From Chlorokybus atmophyticus (Eukaryota; Plantae; Mesostigma and Chlorokybus algae), in assembly GCA_009103225.1 (NCBI GenBank), contig RHPI01001507.1, positions 135,647-199,646 on the forward strand: a DNA stretch of 64,000 nucleotides, written 5' to 3'. Shown here one piece after another: positions 42,501 through 54,905 of the stretch; positions within the stretch are counted from its first letter, which is position 1; each line of letters opens with the position of its first letter. The notes under the pieces were generated by a model. The model was not told the DNA's origin. It searched no databases and saw only the letters and a list, made by a program, of their open reading frames with translations. Position numbers and translations under genes: made by a program.

Positions 42501-45500
42501 ACAATAGTGATGTTAATGTTAAGACTCGCTCCGTTTCCCATTTAAACGTGGTCATATTTGGGTTTGTGCAATAAGAAAATGTGCTTTTTTATGAACGCAA
42601 TGCATAATAACTCAGCTGTAGTTAAGTTTTGATGCTTATGCGAACACGACATCACGACAAGAACAACATAATGTACAATACAATCACGACAGCAAATTGT
42701 ACATTTCGCTTACGGGTCTACGGCATGCCAACAAATACCGCACAATCCTTCATGCACTTGCGTCTTCATCTTTCAAAATTTGATAAATTTGTAGCAAACA
42801 TCAACTTGATGTTTCTGCCATTATTGCTTGTGTGCAGCAACATACTGATCTTGCCTAATGTACTCCTCATCGTATATGCATGACTGTGCCTGAAATTGCT
42901 AATTTTCACCTCTACCCTTCTCTTGCACTATTGCTAGGGTTGCATAGAGCCACGCATAAAGCAAAAGAAAAACTTCAAGCAAGCGTTCACAACCTCTGAC
43001 GACATCCACTCGTTGAAAGCGTTGGCAATGCTACATGCTGAAAGGTAACAAATCATAAGATTAATTGCTTACAACACAAGACCTTCGCTACCGTACAACA
43101 TTGTGATGCATGCACACTTAGCACAGTCAGCAACCCATCACCCGCAGCGGGTGCTGATGACTAGTTTCAAGTGTGCACCCATAAGTTTTTGTGTTGCCTG
43201 CATTGAGGTGTACTGCAACCAACTGAGCTGCCGACTGCCGATGCGTGTACAAAGAGTTGTAGCAACGAAGTGCAACAAGGCTGGTTGTGGCAGCTCTCGC
43301 GAGCGTGGGACAACAGTAAAGCTGCTTTTCAACATACAATCAAGTCAGCAAGTCATCAGTATATGCTTGGGAGATGTCCAGCAAGTTCCATAAAATGTTA
43401 CCCGAGCAGCTGTCAGCGCCGTGTAACTAGCAGTGTGCTGATGACAGTGTAACAACTAGTGACAACATGGTCACATTCGCATGTACACACAACCACGAGG
43501 TGAGAGAGAAATCTATAGTTTTAATTCGCAGTGTTTTGCGCAGCTGAATATTAAACAATAAACAGTGGCAACTCCGCTGCACCTGAAAGAAGCAGTGGGT
43601 TGGCAAATATGCTTCTCACATGCTAAGCTTTGCTGGCATGCAGAGGATGCGGTGCTGACACTTGTGTGCTTGGGCATAGGCAGCTTACGCACAGCAGAGA
43701 GGGTATGGATCTGTAACACCAGCTATTGCTGCCCAACAATGCCAGTAAGAGGATGGTGCTACTTGGCAGTTATGCTGCTGCGGCTTCAGCCCGCACCACA
43801 CTCAGCGCAAGCTGCTTTTCTGAAGGCCACGTTAATCGTGACAGCTGCTCCCAGGCGGCAGCATGCTTAACGCTGCCTCCCACACCATCCTACACAAACT
43901 GCAGCCGTAACCACCGCCGTCGCCCACATCAATGCCCCGAACAACGGCATTGACACGAATAGCAAGTTTGCAAGTTATTGTTATTAGGGACCTCACTTAA
44001 GTCACGCACTCCCGCGCGGGAGCGCATGACCAAACCGAGGTCCCCTACTATAAGTGTCGGTATCGAATCCGCTTTGCTAGCATGGGTAGGCGTGTTTGCT
44101 GTTAAGTCACGGATGGGTGGTGTGTTTGGCGGTCGCGCTACGATTATGAGTCGTCGTATTATGGTCTTGCGGATCAACGGAGTTGCTGCCGCTAACCGGC
44201 TGTTTTGGTTTTTTCAACAGAATGCATACTTGTGATAAACTGTGTAGGCGTTCGTCGGTTAGGTTCCGTATAACCGGCTTTTGTGATGTGGGTGATGGGC
44301 GCCGCAGGCGGGCGCTGACGGTACCAATAGCTTTGCATGGTGTGTTGGGTAACGGGGTAAGCGTAAGTGGTCTGGTTGAGGCTGCCACCGCCGGCGGCGG
44401 CAAGGCAGGAAGGCGGTGGTGGAGCATCGCTGGCATTGTTTTTGCGCTTTGAGCAAGCAACCGTGTTGTAGTGGCTGCTGTTGTCGATAACGCAGTCCCT
44501 ACTCGAGCCGCCTTCGTGGCCCCTTGTTGCTGTTGTTGGCGGCGGTGTTGTGGGCTGCCATGGCGGTGGTGGGAAGCAAGCATGCCGGCCGCGTCGGTGC
44601 GCGTGTTTTGGGTGACACGGGTGTGGCCAGCGGGGCGGGCGATAGCATGAGCTCCGCGGGCATGCAGGGTTTGCCTTAACAAGACAGCAGGCCAGGCAAC
44701 CCCACTTAGTGGCATAGCATCAACCCGTGCTGCTGTCACTGTCGGCCGTGCTTGTGCACAGCTTCGGTTAGCGCACGTGCAAAGCTCACAAGCTGCAGGT
44801 GTAACACACGTGTTTGTAAGGATGTATTTGGCAAAACAACACGTGACACATGCAGCACAAGACATGCGTGTAACCTGCATATCTTGTGCTGCACGCGTCG
44901 CATAGTAATAGCACAGCTAATTATTGAGCTTTTGTTTGCCAATTCTACCTGCGCACGAGTAGCTCTTGCAGACTTTACACTTGCATGCAAGTCCTTATCG
45001 TGTCGCTTAACACGCTGCGGCCTATGCTGCTGTAACACGATGTGCTGCATTGCATCCATTGCATGTGCTGTCTGGTACATATGTCGCCTCCTCATAAACT
45101 TGTGTGCTCCTGAAGTAGGCCACCTGACAGGCTTCGCGCATTGGTTGATTGAAAGCGCTAGTGCCGCAACCAACCACAATTTGCTCACACGTGCGTTCTG
45201 CAGCACTCTCACGCACTGTTTGTATTAGATTAGCTGGCTTGCTGCGCTACCACTGGGTGAAGCTCATCATCTACATTCAATTTCCATTTCGGGGGCAACC
45301 TATCTCATTCAACACTTGCCACGCAGCATATGAAAGGTTTATGCTGATAAGGCCCAACAAGCAAATACCAGCCTATCTGTCACAAGTTTCCTTGTCACTC
45401 ACTGCGTGTGGCTTGCCAATCGAGTTGATAATGACTGTTTGGCAGTGCAAGCCCCGGCATTCAATCATGCACACTTGGCCCAGAAATTGCCACAGTCAGG

Positions 45501-45714
45501 TCACAATATTGCGGTCGTACCACTCTATATTAAAGTGAGCTACGGCACTGTCATACAATACGTCTCGTGCTGCTCGTGCGCATCGTGATTAGTGTCAGCA
45601 CGGTTCACAAAAGAAAGCTTCATGCCGAGGCTCAGACAGTATACCAACGTAGCAGTAACAATCTGACATCACATGTAGCTCAACTCAAGGCTCATGACGA
45701 GAGCAATGCGATGA

Positions 45715-46356
45715 TGTAACGATGCTCGTGCTCACATACACAGCACACAAGTCATACAACACATGTGTGCAGCTGAGCACAATCTTCACACCGGAACCTT
45801 GCCTTCACTCGCGCACGCACGCACGCGTCGAGCGCGCACACGCACACGAACACTACTACTTCTCACGCCAAGCAAGAACGCAGCAGTGTGCCTTGGACCA
45901 CAACTCCCTCAAGCATGCACCAGCATACTCACAGCAGAGAGCAGAAAACAAAGTTGGTTGCATTACACAGGGTTTTTCTATTTATACAAGCACTAGAAAA
46001 AAATAGCCTAATTAACAGGCATTTCATTATTTACTACCAAATCTAAAGGCAGGTCCAAGTGCAGGCTCCCCGCCACGCGCGTTGGGCCTTCGGCGGCTGT
46101 GTGACTGTGCAGTCCGCGTCACCTGGCACTGCACAGCGCGTGTCCAGTCAGCGGCTGTGTCACAACCGCGTGGCAGGTGGGTCACGTCGCTGAATTAGCT
46201 GCTGTCGAGCAGGTCGCATGCGAGTCGCGCGCGGCAGCAGGGGCAGGCGCCACATGGGCTTAATAAAGCTCATAAAAGCCCTCATCAAGCCAGCAAAAAA
46301 GGCAAAATAAGTACTTTATGTACAATAAAATACAAAAAATGCCCCAGGCTGTTACA
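45715..46356 (-). repeat. 3' LTR of element 2
   Basis: TGTAAC..GTTACA ends; about 5 differences from 51225-51866 counted by eye. Confidence 0.95.
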
Positions 46357-49300
46357 CCCCTTCCCTCCCGGGGGAGCTTCGTCCTCGAAGCTGACGACTG
46401 CCTCCTCTGGTCTTGTAGTCTTGCAAGACCTGTTTGGCATTGGTAAAGCTCTCCTCGGGCTCGTATGTCGCCTCGTGCATTGGATAGCCACGCCACTTCA
46501 CCAAATACTTGCGCACGCCTCGGATCAGCTTGTCCGTGACAATTGCTTCCACTTCCCACTCAGCCTCACCTTCACGAACCACATCTGGAGGCGGACGAGC
46601 TGGTGGCTCCCCTCGATAACCTTTAAGAAGCGAGACATGAAAAACAGGGTGCACATGCATGGTATTGGGCAGCTCCAGCTTGTAGGCCACCTTCGAGATG
46701 ACCTTGATCACTTTAAAGGGCCCAAACCATCGCTCACTCAGCTTGCGCACCCCCGTGACCAGCTGCACATGCTTGGTTGAAAGCATTACAAGGTCACCCT
46801 CCTCGAACACAACATCCTTGCGACGCGCATCGGCGTATTGCTTTTGCCGGTTTTGCGCCACACGCAAAGCCTCTCGAGCTGCCTTGGTAATGTCGGCACA
46901 CCTGTCAAGAAAGCCGTCCACGGCCTCCACATCTGAACTTTGCATGCTAGGCACCCACGCCGTCAATGGCGTCAATGGATGTTGCCCATAGTTCATAAGG
47001 AAAGGTGTCACGCCCGTGCTTGCACTCTTGTGGTTGTTAATGGTGAACTCAATCAGCTCCAGCATGTCTCCCCAATTGTCTTGGCGGCTGTTCACATAGC
47101 ACCGTAGCATGTCTTCGATGACGCGGTTGGCGCGCTCCGTTTGGCCGTCCGTTTCAGGGTGGTACGCGGTGCTGAACTTCAAGCTCGTGCCTAGAGTTGC
47201 GTGGAGAGCTCTCCAAAAGTTGCCAGTAAACCGCGGGTCTCTATCACTGATAATGCTTCTTGGAAGGCCATGAGAGCGCACCACATGCTTGATGAACAAC
47301 TTGGCAGCCTCGGGAGCTGTGCAAGTCTCCGTACATGGCGCCAATCGCACCATTTTGCTAGTCTTGTCCACAAACACCAAGATAGCATCATGCCCTTCAC
47401 GTGTCCGTNTAAGATAGCATCATGCCCTTCACGTGTCCGTGGCAGCCCCGTGATGAAGTCAAGAGTAACTTGCTCCCACTTCGTCAAAGGTATCGGCAAT
47501 GGTTGGAGCAGCCCACTGGCGCGTTGATTGCTCGCCTTCACCCTTTGACAAGTGTCGCACAATGCCACATAGTCCTTAACGTCACGATGCATCTCCGACC
47601 AGAAAAATTTCTGTTTCAACAAGGCTAGTGTCCGTTCCAGCCCTTGATGACCAGCCATTGGCACATCATGCGCTTCCTTCATCAATGCCACGCGCATGTG
47701 CGCAATGTTGGGTATGTACATGCGATCGCCATGCCATAGCAGCCCGTCCTTCAATGCCCAAAGGCCGCTATGTTCAGTCCCATTCTCCAACGCCTCAATG
47801 GTCTTCTCCCCCACCGCGTCCTCATGCAATAAGGCACGGATCTGGTCAAGCCACTTGGGCTGCACTTGCACCACCGTTTCAAGCGCGTTGAGTTGACGGC
47901 TTAATGCGTCCGCAACCTTATTTGAAGAGCCCGGCTTGTACTTCACTTCAAAGTCGAAGAGTTGGAAGAACTCGAGCCAACGAGCTTGCCGCCGTGAGAG
48001 GTGAGGCTGCGTTTGAAGGTACCTTAATGGCGAGTGGTCCGTCTCAAGTGTGAACCGCTTGCCTTCAAGGAAACAACGCCATTGCCGTAGCGCTAGCACC
48101 TGCGCCAGCAATTCCTTCTCATGAACGGGGTAGTTGAGCTCAGCCCCGCTCATCTTCTTGCTGAAATAGGCCACCGGTTGCAAGCCGTTGCCGTGATCCT
48201 GCTGCAAAACAGCCCCAATAGCCTTGTCGGACGCATCACACGCCACCACAAAGGGCAATTGCATGTTGGGATGCAGCAGCACGGGAGCCGATGTCAGGGC
48301 CTCTTTCAAGTCGGAAAATGCCTTTGTTGCAGCCTCCGACCAGCTCCAAGCCACCCCCTTCCTCAACAATGCCGTCAATGGTGCCGCCAAGTGCGAAAAG
48401 CCCTTTACAAACTTACGATAGTAGCCGGCAAGCCCTAGGAACGACATGACACCCTTCACGTCCTTCGGGGCAGCCCAATCGCGCACCGCGGCAAGCTTGC
48501 TTGGATCTGCCTTGATTCCTTGCTTGGATACAATGTGGCCAAGGTATTCTACCTCTTCAAGCAAGAAGCGGCACTTGTTGAGCTGAGCAAACAACTTGTG
48601 TGTACGTAAACGCTGCATCACCTCGTGTAGCAATGCCACGTGCTCTCTCTTGCTCTTTGTGTACACAAGGATGTCGTCGAGGTACACTAGCACGCCCTTG
48701 CCAATCAGATCAGCAAAGACCTCATTCATCAAGGTTTGAAAGGTTGCCGGAGCATTTGTCATGCCAAAGGACATCACCAACCACTCATAGTGGCCATAGC
48801 GAGTGTTGAAAGCCGTCTTCTCAACGTCTTCGGGCGCAACACGGATCTGATGGTAGCCACCAGCTAGGTCCAAGCTTGAGAAGAACTCAGCACCCTCGAG
48901 CTGCTCCAACAACTCATCAATGCGTGGCAAAGGGAACACATTCTTCTTGGTGATGTTGTTGAGTGGCCGATAGTCGATGCACATGCGCAAGGCTCCGCTC
49001 TTCTTACGTACAAATAGGATAGGTGCACCGTAAGGAGACTTGCTGTGCCTGATGTACCCACGTTGTAGAAGGTCCTCGACTTGGCTCCTCGCCTCTTCGA
49101 GTTCAGCCGGAGACAACTTGTACACCGGTCGGTACGGCGGCTTGTGCACGCCCTCTATCAGTTCCACACGGTGATCAACACTTCGCGTGGGTGGCAGACC
49201 AGCTGGTAGCCCATCCACCATGACGTCTTTGAACTCTTCAAGCAACCTCTGCACCTCGGGGTCCTTCGAACTCTCCGAACCAGTGCCGACCAGCTCCAAG

Positions 49301-50070
49301 TCCGACTTGGGAGGTGTCTCACGCACCATGCACAGCCATGCATCCTTCACATTGTTCCCGGACCAGATCTGCTCCATCTTGGTCTTAGAAACTTGTGACA
49401 CCAGCTCTGGAACCCCTCCCCTTGAGCTAGAAGCATGTTGTGGTGCAGCTTGCTGGCGCGCCGTCGTGTCGTGCGCGTCACGCGCATGCAGCACATTGCT
49501 AGCAGCCTCGACGCAGCTCACACGCTCTTGAACCACACACGCGCCTTGCATTGAAGCATTGAAGCACATCAAAACCTCACCACCAGCTTCCGGGGTAGTG
49601 AGCACCCGCTTCCTCCAATCAATGGCGGGGTTATGTGACCAAAGCCAAGGCAGCCCCAAAATGCCATCAAAGCCGTTGTTCAGCTCGATGCAGCCAAAGC
49701 GTAGGCGATCCTTCATCATCCCCACGTGCATTTCAAGCTCTTTGCTTTGCTTGGAAGCTCCTCCTGCTGGCGCATAGCCGTCCGCTAGAGCCACCGAGCC
49801 GGCATTTGCCCATGACAACCACTTGTGCCGACGCGCAACCTCACGACTCATGAAATTGCTGTTCGCGCCGCAATCCACCAGCATCTTGCACTCCATCCAT
49901 GGCCCATTGCCCTCACGGATCAGAGCCATGACTCCCAACAGCTGCCTCGCCTTGTCGGGCACTCGAACCATACCGCTTTGCGTTGCCGTTGCGCACATGC
50001 CGCCAACCGTCAACAACGCTTCCACGCCAGCCGCTGGACATTCGACATCATAGTGAGGCTGCATCACCAC
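46352..50070 (-). CDS. pol: Pol (PR-RT-RH-IN-chromodomain), split only at an assembly N at 47409
   Basis: VDCGA protease, YLDD, CDAS, integrase, EWEVEAIV..YLVKWRGY chromodomain. Removing the 30-bp duplication flanking the N restores GHDAILVFVDKTSK. Confidence 0.92.
46357..46369 (-). promoter_or_regulatory. Polypurine tract of element 2
   Basis: Minus strand GGGAGGGAAGGGG abutting the LTR. Confidence 0.9.
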
Positions 50071-50090
50071 CCCAACAGGAGCCTCTCCAG

Positions 50091-51137
50091 CTACCGAGGT
50101 GAGCCGTTTCCCGGCTGCAACATCTCCTCCTCCACCATGTTCACGCGTCCACCGCTGCGAGCGTTGCGGGCATGTGCAGCAGACTTTGCCTTATAGATAG
50201 GGCAGTTGGAGCGCACGTGATCAGCAGAAGAGCACTCCCAGCACTTCCGAACAGCCTTGGCAGCCTCCCGACCCTTTGGGGCCTTCATAGCAACATGGAG
50301 CGCACCCAATTCCATTGGAGTTGGTCCCAAGCCAGCCCCCTGAGTTGCTGCAGCTCCCGAACCAGCCCCAACAGATGCGTATGAGCGATACGAACCTCCA
50401 CGGAAGTGATTGTAATGTCCACGATCAGTGTTTTTGGCAGCCCCCTTGAAGTACAACACGTCCGTGCGCTCAGCAATGCGAATGGCCTCCGCGAGAGTCT
50501 TGGCGTCACGAAGCTCAACTTCCTTGTGACAAAGAGTCTTCAACCCGCGCGTGTAGCGGTCCTGCTGCTCCTCCTCAGTCATGTTCGGTACAGAGAGCAC
50601 AAGACGCTGAAACGCAGAGGTATAGGCCATCACGGACTGCGTTTGCACAAGCGTAGAGAGCTGGTCGCGTGCCGTCTTCACACTCTCCACCGGTACGAAC
50701 TGTTTCTTCACCTCAGCAGCCAGCTCAGCCACGGTAGTGAAAGGAACCTCAAGACCAGCTTCCACACGAGCACAACGATGACGCCACCACACAAGTGCAG
50801 CTCCCTCAAAGAAAGTAGCAGCCACATCGACACGGAGATGTATAGGTACCTCGGTGAGCTTTAACCATGTCGAAACGGCAAACACCCATTCCTCCACACA
50901 GTCACCGTCCCTCTGACCCTTGAATGGCTTTGGTTTTGGTAGCTTCACATGACGAGAGGCTGATGGGGCAACCACAGGAGCTGTAACGGGCGTGGACGCG
51001 CGCGCTTGCGCCATGGCTTGTTGAAATTGTGCCACTTGAGCTTGGGCAGATGCTTGGACACGTTGCAGCTCCTCATGAGCAGCTACCAGCACTTGCTGAA
51101 GCTCCACAACACGTGCATCATCCATGGTAGCGTCCAT
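50091..51137 (-). CDS. gag: Gag with CCHC zinc knuckle
   Basis: KPKPFKGQRDG motif, CWECSSADHVRSNC knuckle, homologous to element 1 gag. Confidence 0.93.
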   Translation of the reverse strand: MDATMDDARVVELQQVLVAAHEELQRVQASAQAQVAQFQQAMAQARASTPVTAPVVAPSASRHVKLPKPKPFKGQRDGDCVEEWVFAVSTWLKLTEVPIHLRVDVAATFFEGAALVWWRHRCARVEAGLEVPFTTVAELAAEVKKQFVPVESVKTARDQLSTLVQTQSVMAYTSAFQRLVLSVPNMTEEEQQDRYTRGLKTLCHKEVELRDAKTLAEAIRIAERTDVLYFKGAAKNTDRGHYNHFRGGSYRSYASVGAGSGAAATQGAGLGPTPMELGALHVAMKAPKGREAAKAVRKCWECSSADHVRSNCPIYKAKSAAHARNARSGGRVNMVEEEMLQPGNGSPR

Positions 51138-51211
51138 AAACAGAAAAATACCTCACACACCAAAGAGATAGTTAATATCCCCTTAAAACAAGAAACCCAA
51201 CCCCTCCAAGG

Positions 51212-51223
51212 GCTCCGATACCA
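51212..51223 (-). promoter_or_regulatory. PBS of element 2
   Basis: Minus strand TGGTATCGGAGC, 1 nt after the 5' LTR. Confidence 0.9.
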
Positions 51224-51224
51224 C

Positions 51225-51866
51225 TGTAACGATGCTCGTGCTCACATACACAGCACACAAGTCATACAACACATGTGTGCAGCTGAGCACAATCTTCACA
51301 CCGGAACCTTGCCTTCACTCGCGCACGCACGCACGCGTCGAGCGCGCCCACGCACACGAACACTACTACTTCTCACGCCAAGCAAGAACGCAGCAGTGTG
51401 CCTTGGACCACAACTCCCTCAAGCATGCACCAGCATACTCACAGCAGAGAGCAGAAAACAAAGTTGGTTGCATTACACAGGGTTTTTCTATTTATACAAG
51501 CACTAGGAAGAAATAGCCTAATTAACAGGCATTTCATTATTTACTACCAAATCTAAAGGCAGGTCCAAGTGCAGGCTCCCCGCCACGCGCGTTGGGCCTT
51601 CGGCGGCTGTGTGACTGTGCGGTCCGCGTCACCTGGCACTGCACAGCGCGTGTCCAGTCAGCGGCTGTGTCACAACCGCGTGGCAGGTGGGTCACGTCGC
51701 TGAATTAGCTGCTGTCGAGCAGGTCGCAGGCGAGTCGCGCGCGGCAGCAGGGGCAGGCGCCACATGGGCTTAATAAAGCTCATAAAAGCCCTCATCAAGC
51801 CAGCAAAAAAGGCAAAATAAGTACTTTATGTACAATAAAATACAAAAAATGCCCCAGGCTGTTACA
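51225..51866 (-). repeat. 5' LTR of element 2
   Basis: Direct repeat of 45715-46356. Confidence 0.95.
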
Positions 51867-51878
51867 GATGAGCTGTGG

Positions 51879-52411
51879 TGTCACATCCCACTCAACCACA
51901 AAAGACTTGGTGCTTTTATAGTTGATTTGTGGTAAGTTAATGTACCTTCACGTTACATTCCCCCCAACTTAAGAATGCTGACGTCCACGGCAGCTGGCTC
52001 GCATCGAATGGGGAATCATCCCAGGGGTCTAATCAGAGTCGATCACCGGCCCCACCGGCCAAGAATCGGCCAATTTAGGCCCATAACGGTCAACGCGCGC
52101 ATAGCGCACCGCTGCCGGCCCCACAGGTCGCGTCTCCGCGATAGGCAGGTCGCGCCCTGCCGCGCCGATCTGAACTGGTCAGTTCGGCGCGATTGCCATT
52201 AGGCAAGTCGCGACCCATCGATGATGGTACTTATAAAGTGACCATTTGCAATGTTATTGGATCGAGAAAAACGACCGCGGAGTTCGTGTACAAGGCAAGA
52301 ATTGAACCCGGGTCTGAAGCTCCGATGACCAATGTCACAGCCCACTCGACCACAAAAGACCTGGTGCATTTATACTCGACTTGTGGTAATCTAATGTACG
52401 TTCCCGTTACA
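51879..52411 (-). mobile_element. TRIM family A (533 bp, non-coding)
   Basis: 79-bp TG..CA LTRs (51879-51957, 52333-52411), TSD TGTGG, PBS-like TGGTCATCGGAGC (52319-52331), purine tract next to the 3' LTR. Confidence 0.88.
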
Positions 52412-53657
52412 TGTGGTGTGAGACGTAAGGAAGTAAGGTAAGGCGTGAGACGTAAGGTTGTTGTTTTGTTGGCAGCATAAAGTTGGTATGACAATCATAA
52501 CAGGCCTCTAGTATTCCGCAACCTCATGGCGAGAGATATTTCAGAGTTTCTTAATGGCAACAGGAAACTTGAGAAGGCGCGTCACAAGTTCGACGGGGCG
52601 GTGCCGCTTGAGACCGGCAAATATCGAGGCGGACGTTGTGCTGGCGTGAGCGGGTGCTGGGCGTTGTCGTGGTGATGTGATGGCAGTGGGTTGAACGGCA
52701 GCAACAGCAAGACGACCACGGCGGGGTGACGTCGAGGGTGATGTGGTGTGTGGTGTGCTGAGCGTATGTTGTGGGATATGTGTGGTGTGATAGTACTCAC
52801 GCCTTAATTACACAGCTAGTGAGGAACGTGCCCTATGACGGTTTTGATGTACATTTGTAAGTACATGTTGGCTGATGTTGTGAATGCAATGGCACACCCA
52901 TATACAGCACAACTAAACAACTCGATTAGGGTAGGGGCATAAGCTGCACGTGCTCATAGCTTGGCGCAAGTATACAAGGGCAAGACAAGAGCACAAGCTC
53001 TTCAGACACCACCCAAAATGGCAAGTGAATCCGCAAGTGTGCCTGACCTTTGAAGAAGGGGTTGAGGGAGTGCAAAAACATGTGGACATCAGACTCGAGG
53101 ACTTGTACACACCTGCGGACAGCAATGCATGGTATGGACCACAGGTGAAGAGGGAATAGAGTAATTTCGTGCTCAGATTGATCAGCCTGCTGCAGACAGT
53201 CACGCATTCATGCACCAATCTATGCAGGAGTAAAAGGGGATGCGGGGTCATGGAAAATAGAGTGTGCCGGGGCCTACTTGGGGCCAAGAAGGGCAGCTAC
53301 ACTCTCATCCTTCTTTACCACCTCATGCCATGCCTTGCTTGCGTATAGGGGAGCAGGTAGAGGGTGAGGAGGGCTCGACGACAGAGGCGGGACCAGAAGA
53401 GGGGGGGGGGGGGGGGNCAGTCCCCTACGGGAATTGAACCTGAGACGTCAAGCTCCGTTACCATTGTAACAATTGGGGCCCGACCACTAGGCTATGGTTG
53501 TAAAAGACACTACCATGAGTGAGGTCTGTCACAATTTATCCCAATTCGTGACACCCATACCGCTCAACGTGCGCATAGCGCGCCGCTGCCGGCCCCACAG
53601 GTCGCATCGCAACAGGCAGGTTGCGTCCTGCCGCGCCGACTAAACGGGGGGGGACCA

Positions 53658-54900
53658 TGTGGGGGAAGGGCCAAGTTGCTCAAGCTTGTAGCCGAAGCCA
53701 GAGCGGCACACTTTAAATTTACTGGCAGCGACCGTCATATTTATACGAAGTATTTGGGGTTGTGAGGATAGTGCGAGAGGGAGCGGGCTGCTTGTGTGTG
53801 CAAGTGAAGATCTTAAATTGCCTTGGTGATAGCTAGAGTGCTGGAGCTTAGGTAGGCGTTACATTGGTAACCGGAGCCAAGGCTAAGATTGTGGGAAACT
53901 CTTGGGTTCATTGGCCTATCAAGAGATTATCTGAAGTTATTTAATGGGCTTCTAATGTTGTTTTGCTTGTGCAAGGTACCATGGCGGAAGCTAGCTCCAA
54001 CTCCGACAATGTGGCTCAAGGCATCCTCGCCGTTCAATTCGTGAGCATGAATCTGACTGGAGGGACGCCGGAGGGAGCGGCGCAGGACCCCATGAAGGCG
54101 GCACCGTTAACCGAGCCTTTGTTCGATGAGTTAAACATTGCATAAAAGGCCACGTTCAACAACATTGCCATGGGCACGGCGGCGCAAAAGGCGGAGGGGT
54201 TTAAGACACTCGTGTGCTCCCTTGCGAGGCAGCAAGCACGCATCGCGTGGAGCTTTGAGTGGGGGCCATGAGACATATGGCACCGCATGACTCACTCTTT
54301 GTGCGTGTGGGTAGGCTCGAGGACAAGATAGTGGAGCTTAAAGGAGAGCTCTCCACATGGCGCACCAAAGTAGGAGCGCAAGAGGAGGCTCTCTACAATA
54401 CGAGCCGGTTGGTCAACAAGCCCAAGAACTTCTCCGGTGAGAAGGAGCAAAGCATTCATGCATGGTTGCGGAAAATGGAGGCGTACTTGTCGGGCACGCC
54501 GACCTCGGAGTGGGTCAAAGTGGGGATGACTTTTTTCAAGGCCGACACCCTCACCAATGTTTACCAATCTCAAGCTCAATTAAACGATGAGCTCAAGTCG
54601 GTTGGGTGCACTTCAAGAAGGCATTGCGCGAGCAATACCTCCCCATCGACCGGCAAAACGCGCGTGACGAGCTTGAAGAGCTCAAGATGTTGGAGTCGGC
54701 GGAGGACGCACGTTGCTTTAAACTCCTCGTGGCCAAGATTCGCGCGGGAGGAGGCCAAATTAATAAAGATGAAATGGTCCACAAGTTTAAGGGTGGGCTC
54801 AACTCCAAGCTACAAGGCATGCAATCGGTGTATCAAAACCGGCAAGCTATGGGAAGGGGCGGAGTTGGAACTCCTCGTTGCAGCCACTTTCACATGGGTC
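53658..54900 (+). pseudogene. LTR end, PBS and decayed gag of another LTR retrotransposon
   Basis: GTTACA at ~53863 followed by TGGTAACCGGAGC (53865-53877). Then KPKNFSGEKEQSIHAWLRKMEAYL and FKKALREQYLP..ARDELEEL..KFKGGL with stops and frameshifts. Confidence 0.7.
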
Positions 54901-54905
54901 CTGCA

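Larger units (their letters stand above)
45715..51866 (-). mobile_element. Full-length Ty3/Gypsy chromovirus (element 2, different family)
   Basis: Two 642-bp LTRs, TSD GATGA (45710-45714, 51867-51871), PBS, PPT, gag, pol with chromodomain. Confidence 0.96.

Noticed and set aside
40700-45500. Possible multi-exon gene on the minus strand (ORFs 44107-44880, 41380-41577, 41106-41327)
   Set aside because: No recognisable domain and no consistent exon chain. A fleeting kinesin resemblance lacks the SSRSH and DLAGSE motifs.
47379-47440. Apparent frameshift and 30-bp tandem duplication in element 2 integrase
   Set aside because: The two identical copies flank an N at 47409, typical of an unmerged contig overlap. 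Removing one copy restores the frame.
52299-52352. tRNA gene
   Set aside because: A- and B-boxes are present but I could not fold a cloverleaf with acceptor and anticodon stems. Treated as TRIM promoter-like elements; the same applies at 58770-58834.
53418-53646. Extra partial TRIM B/TRIM A junction copy
   Set aside because: Identical to 58758-58986, starts right after poly-G plus N and ends in a G run; probably a misplaced assembly fragment, so not counted as an independent insertion.
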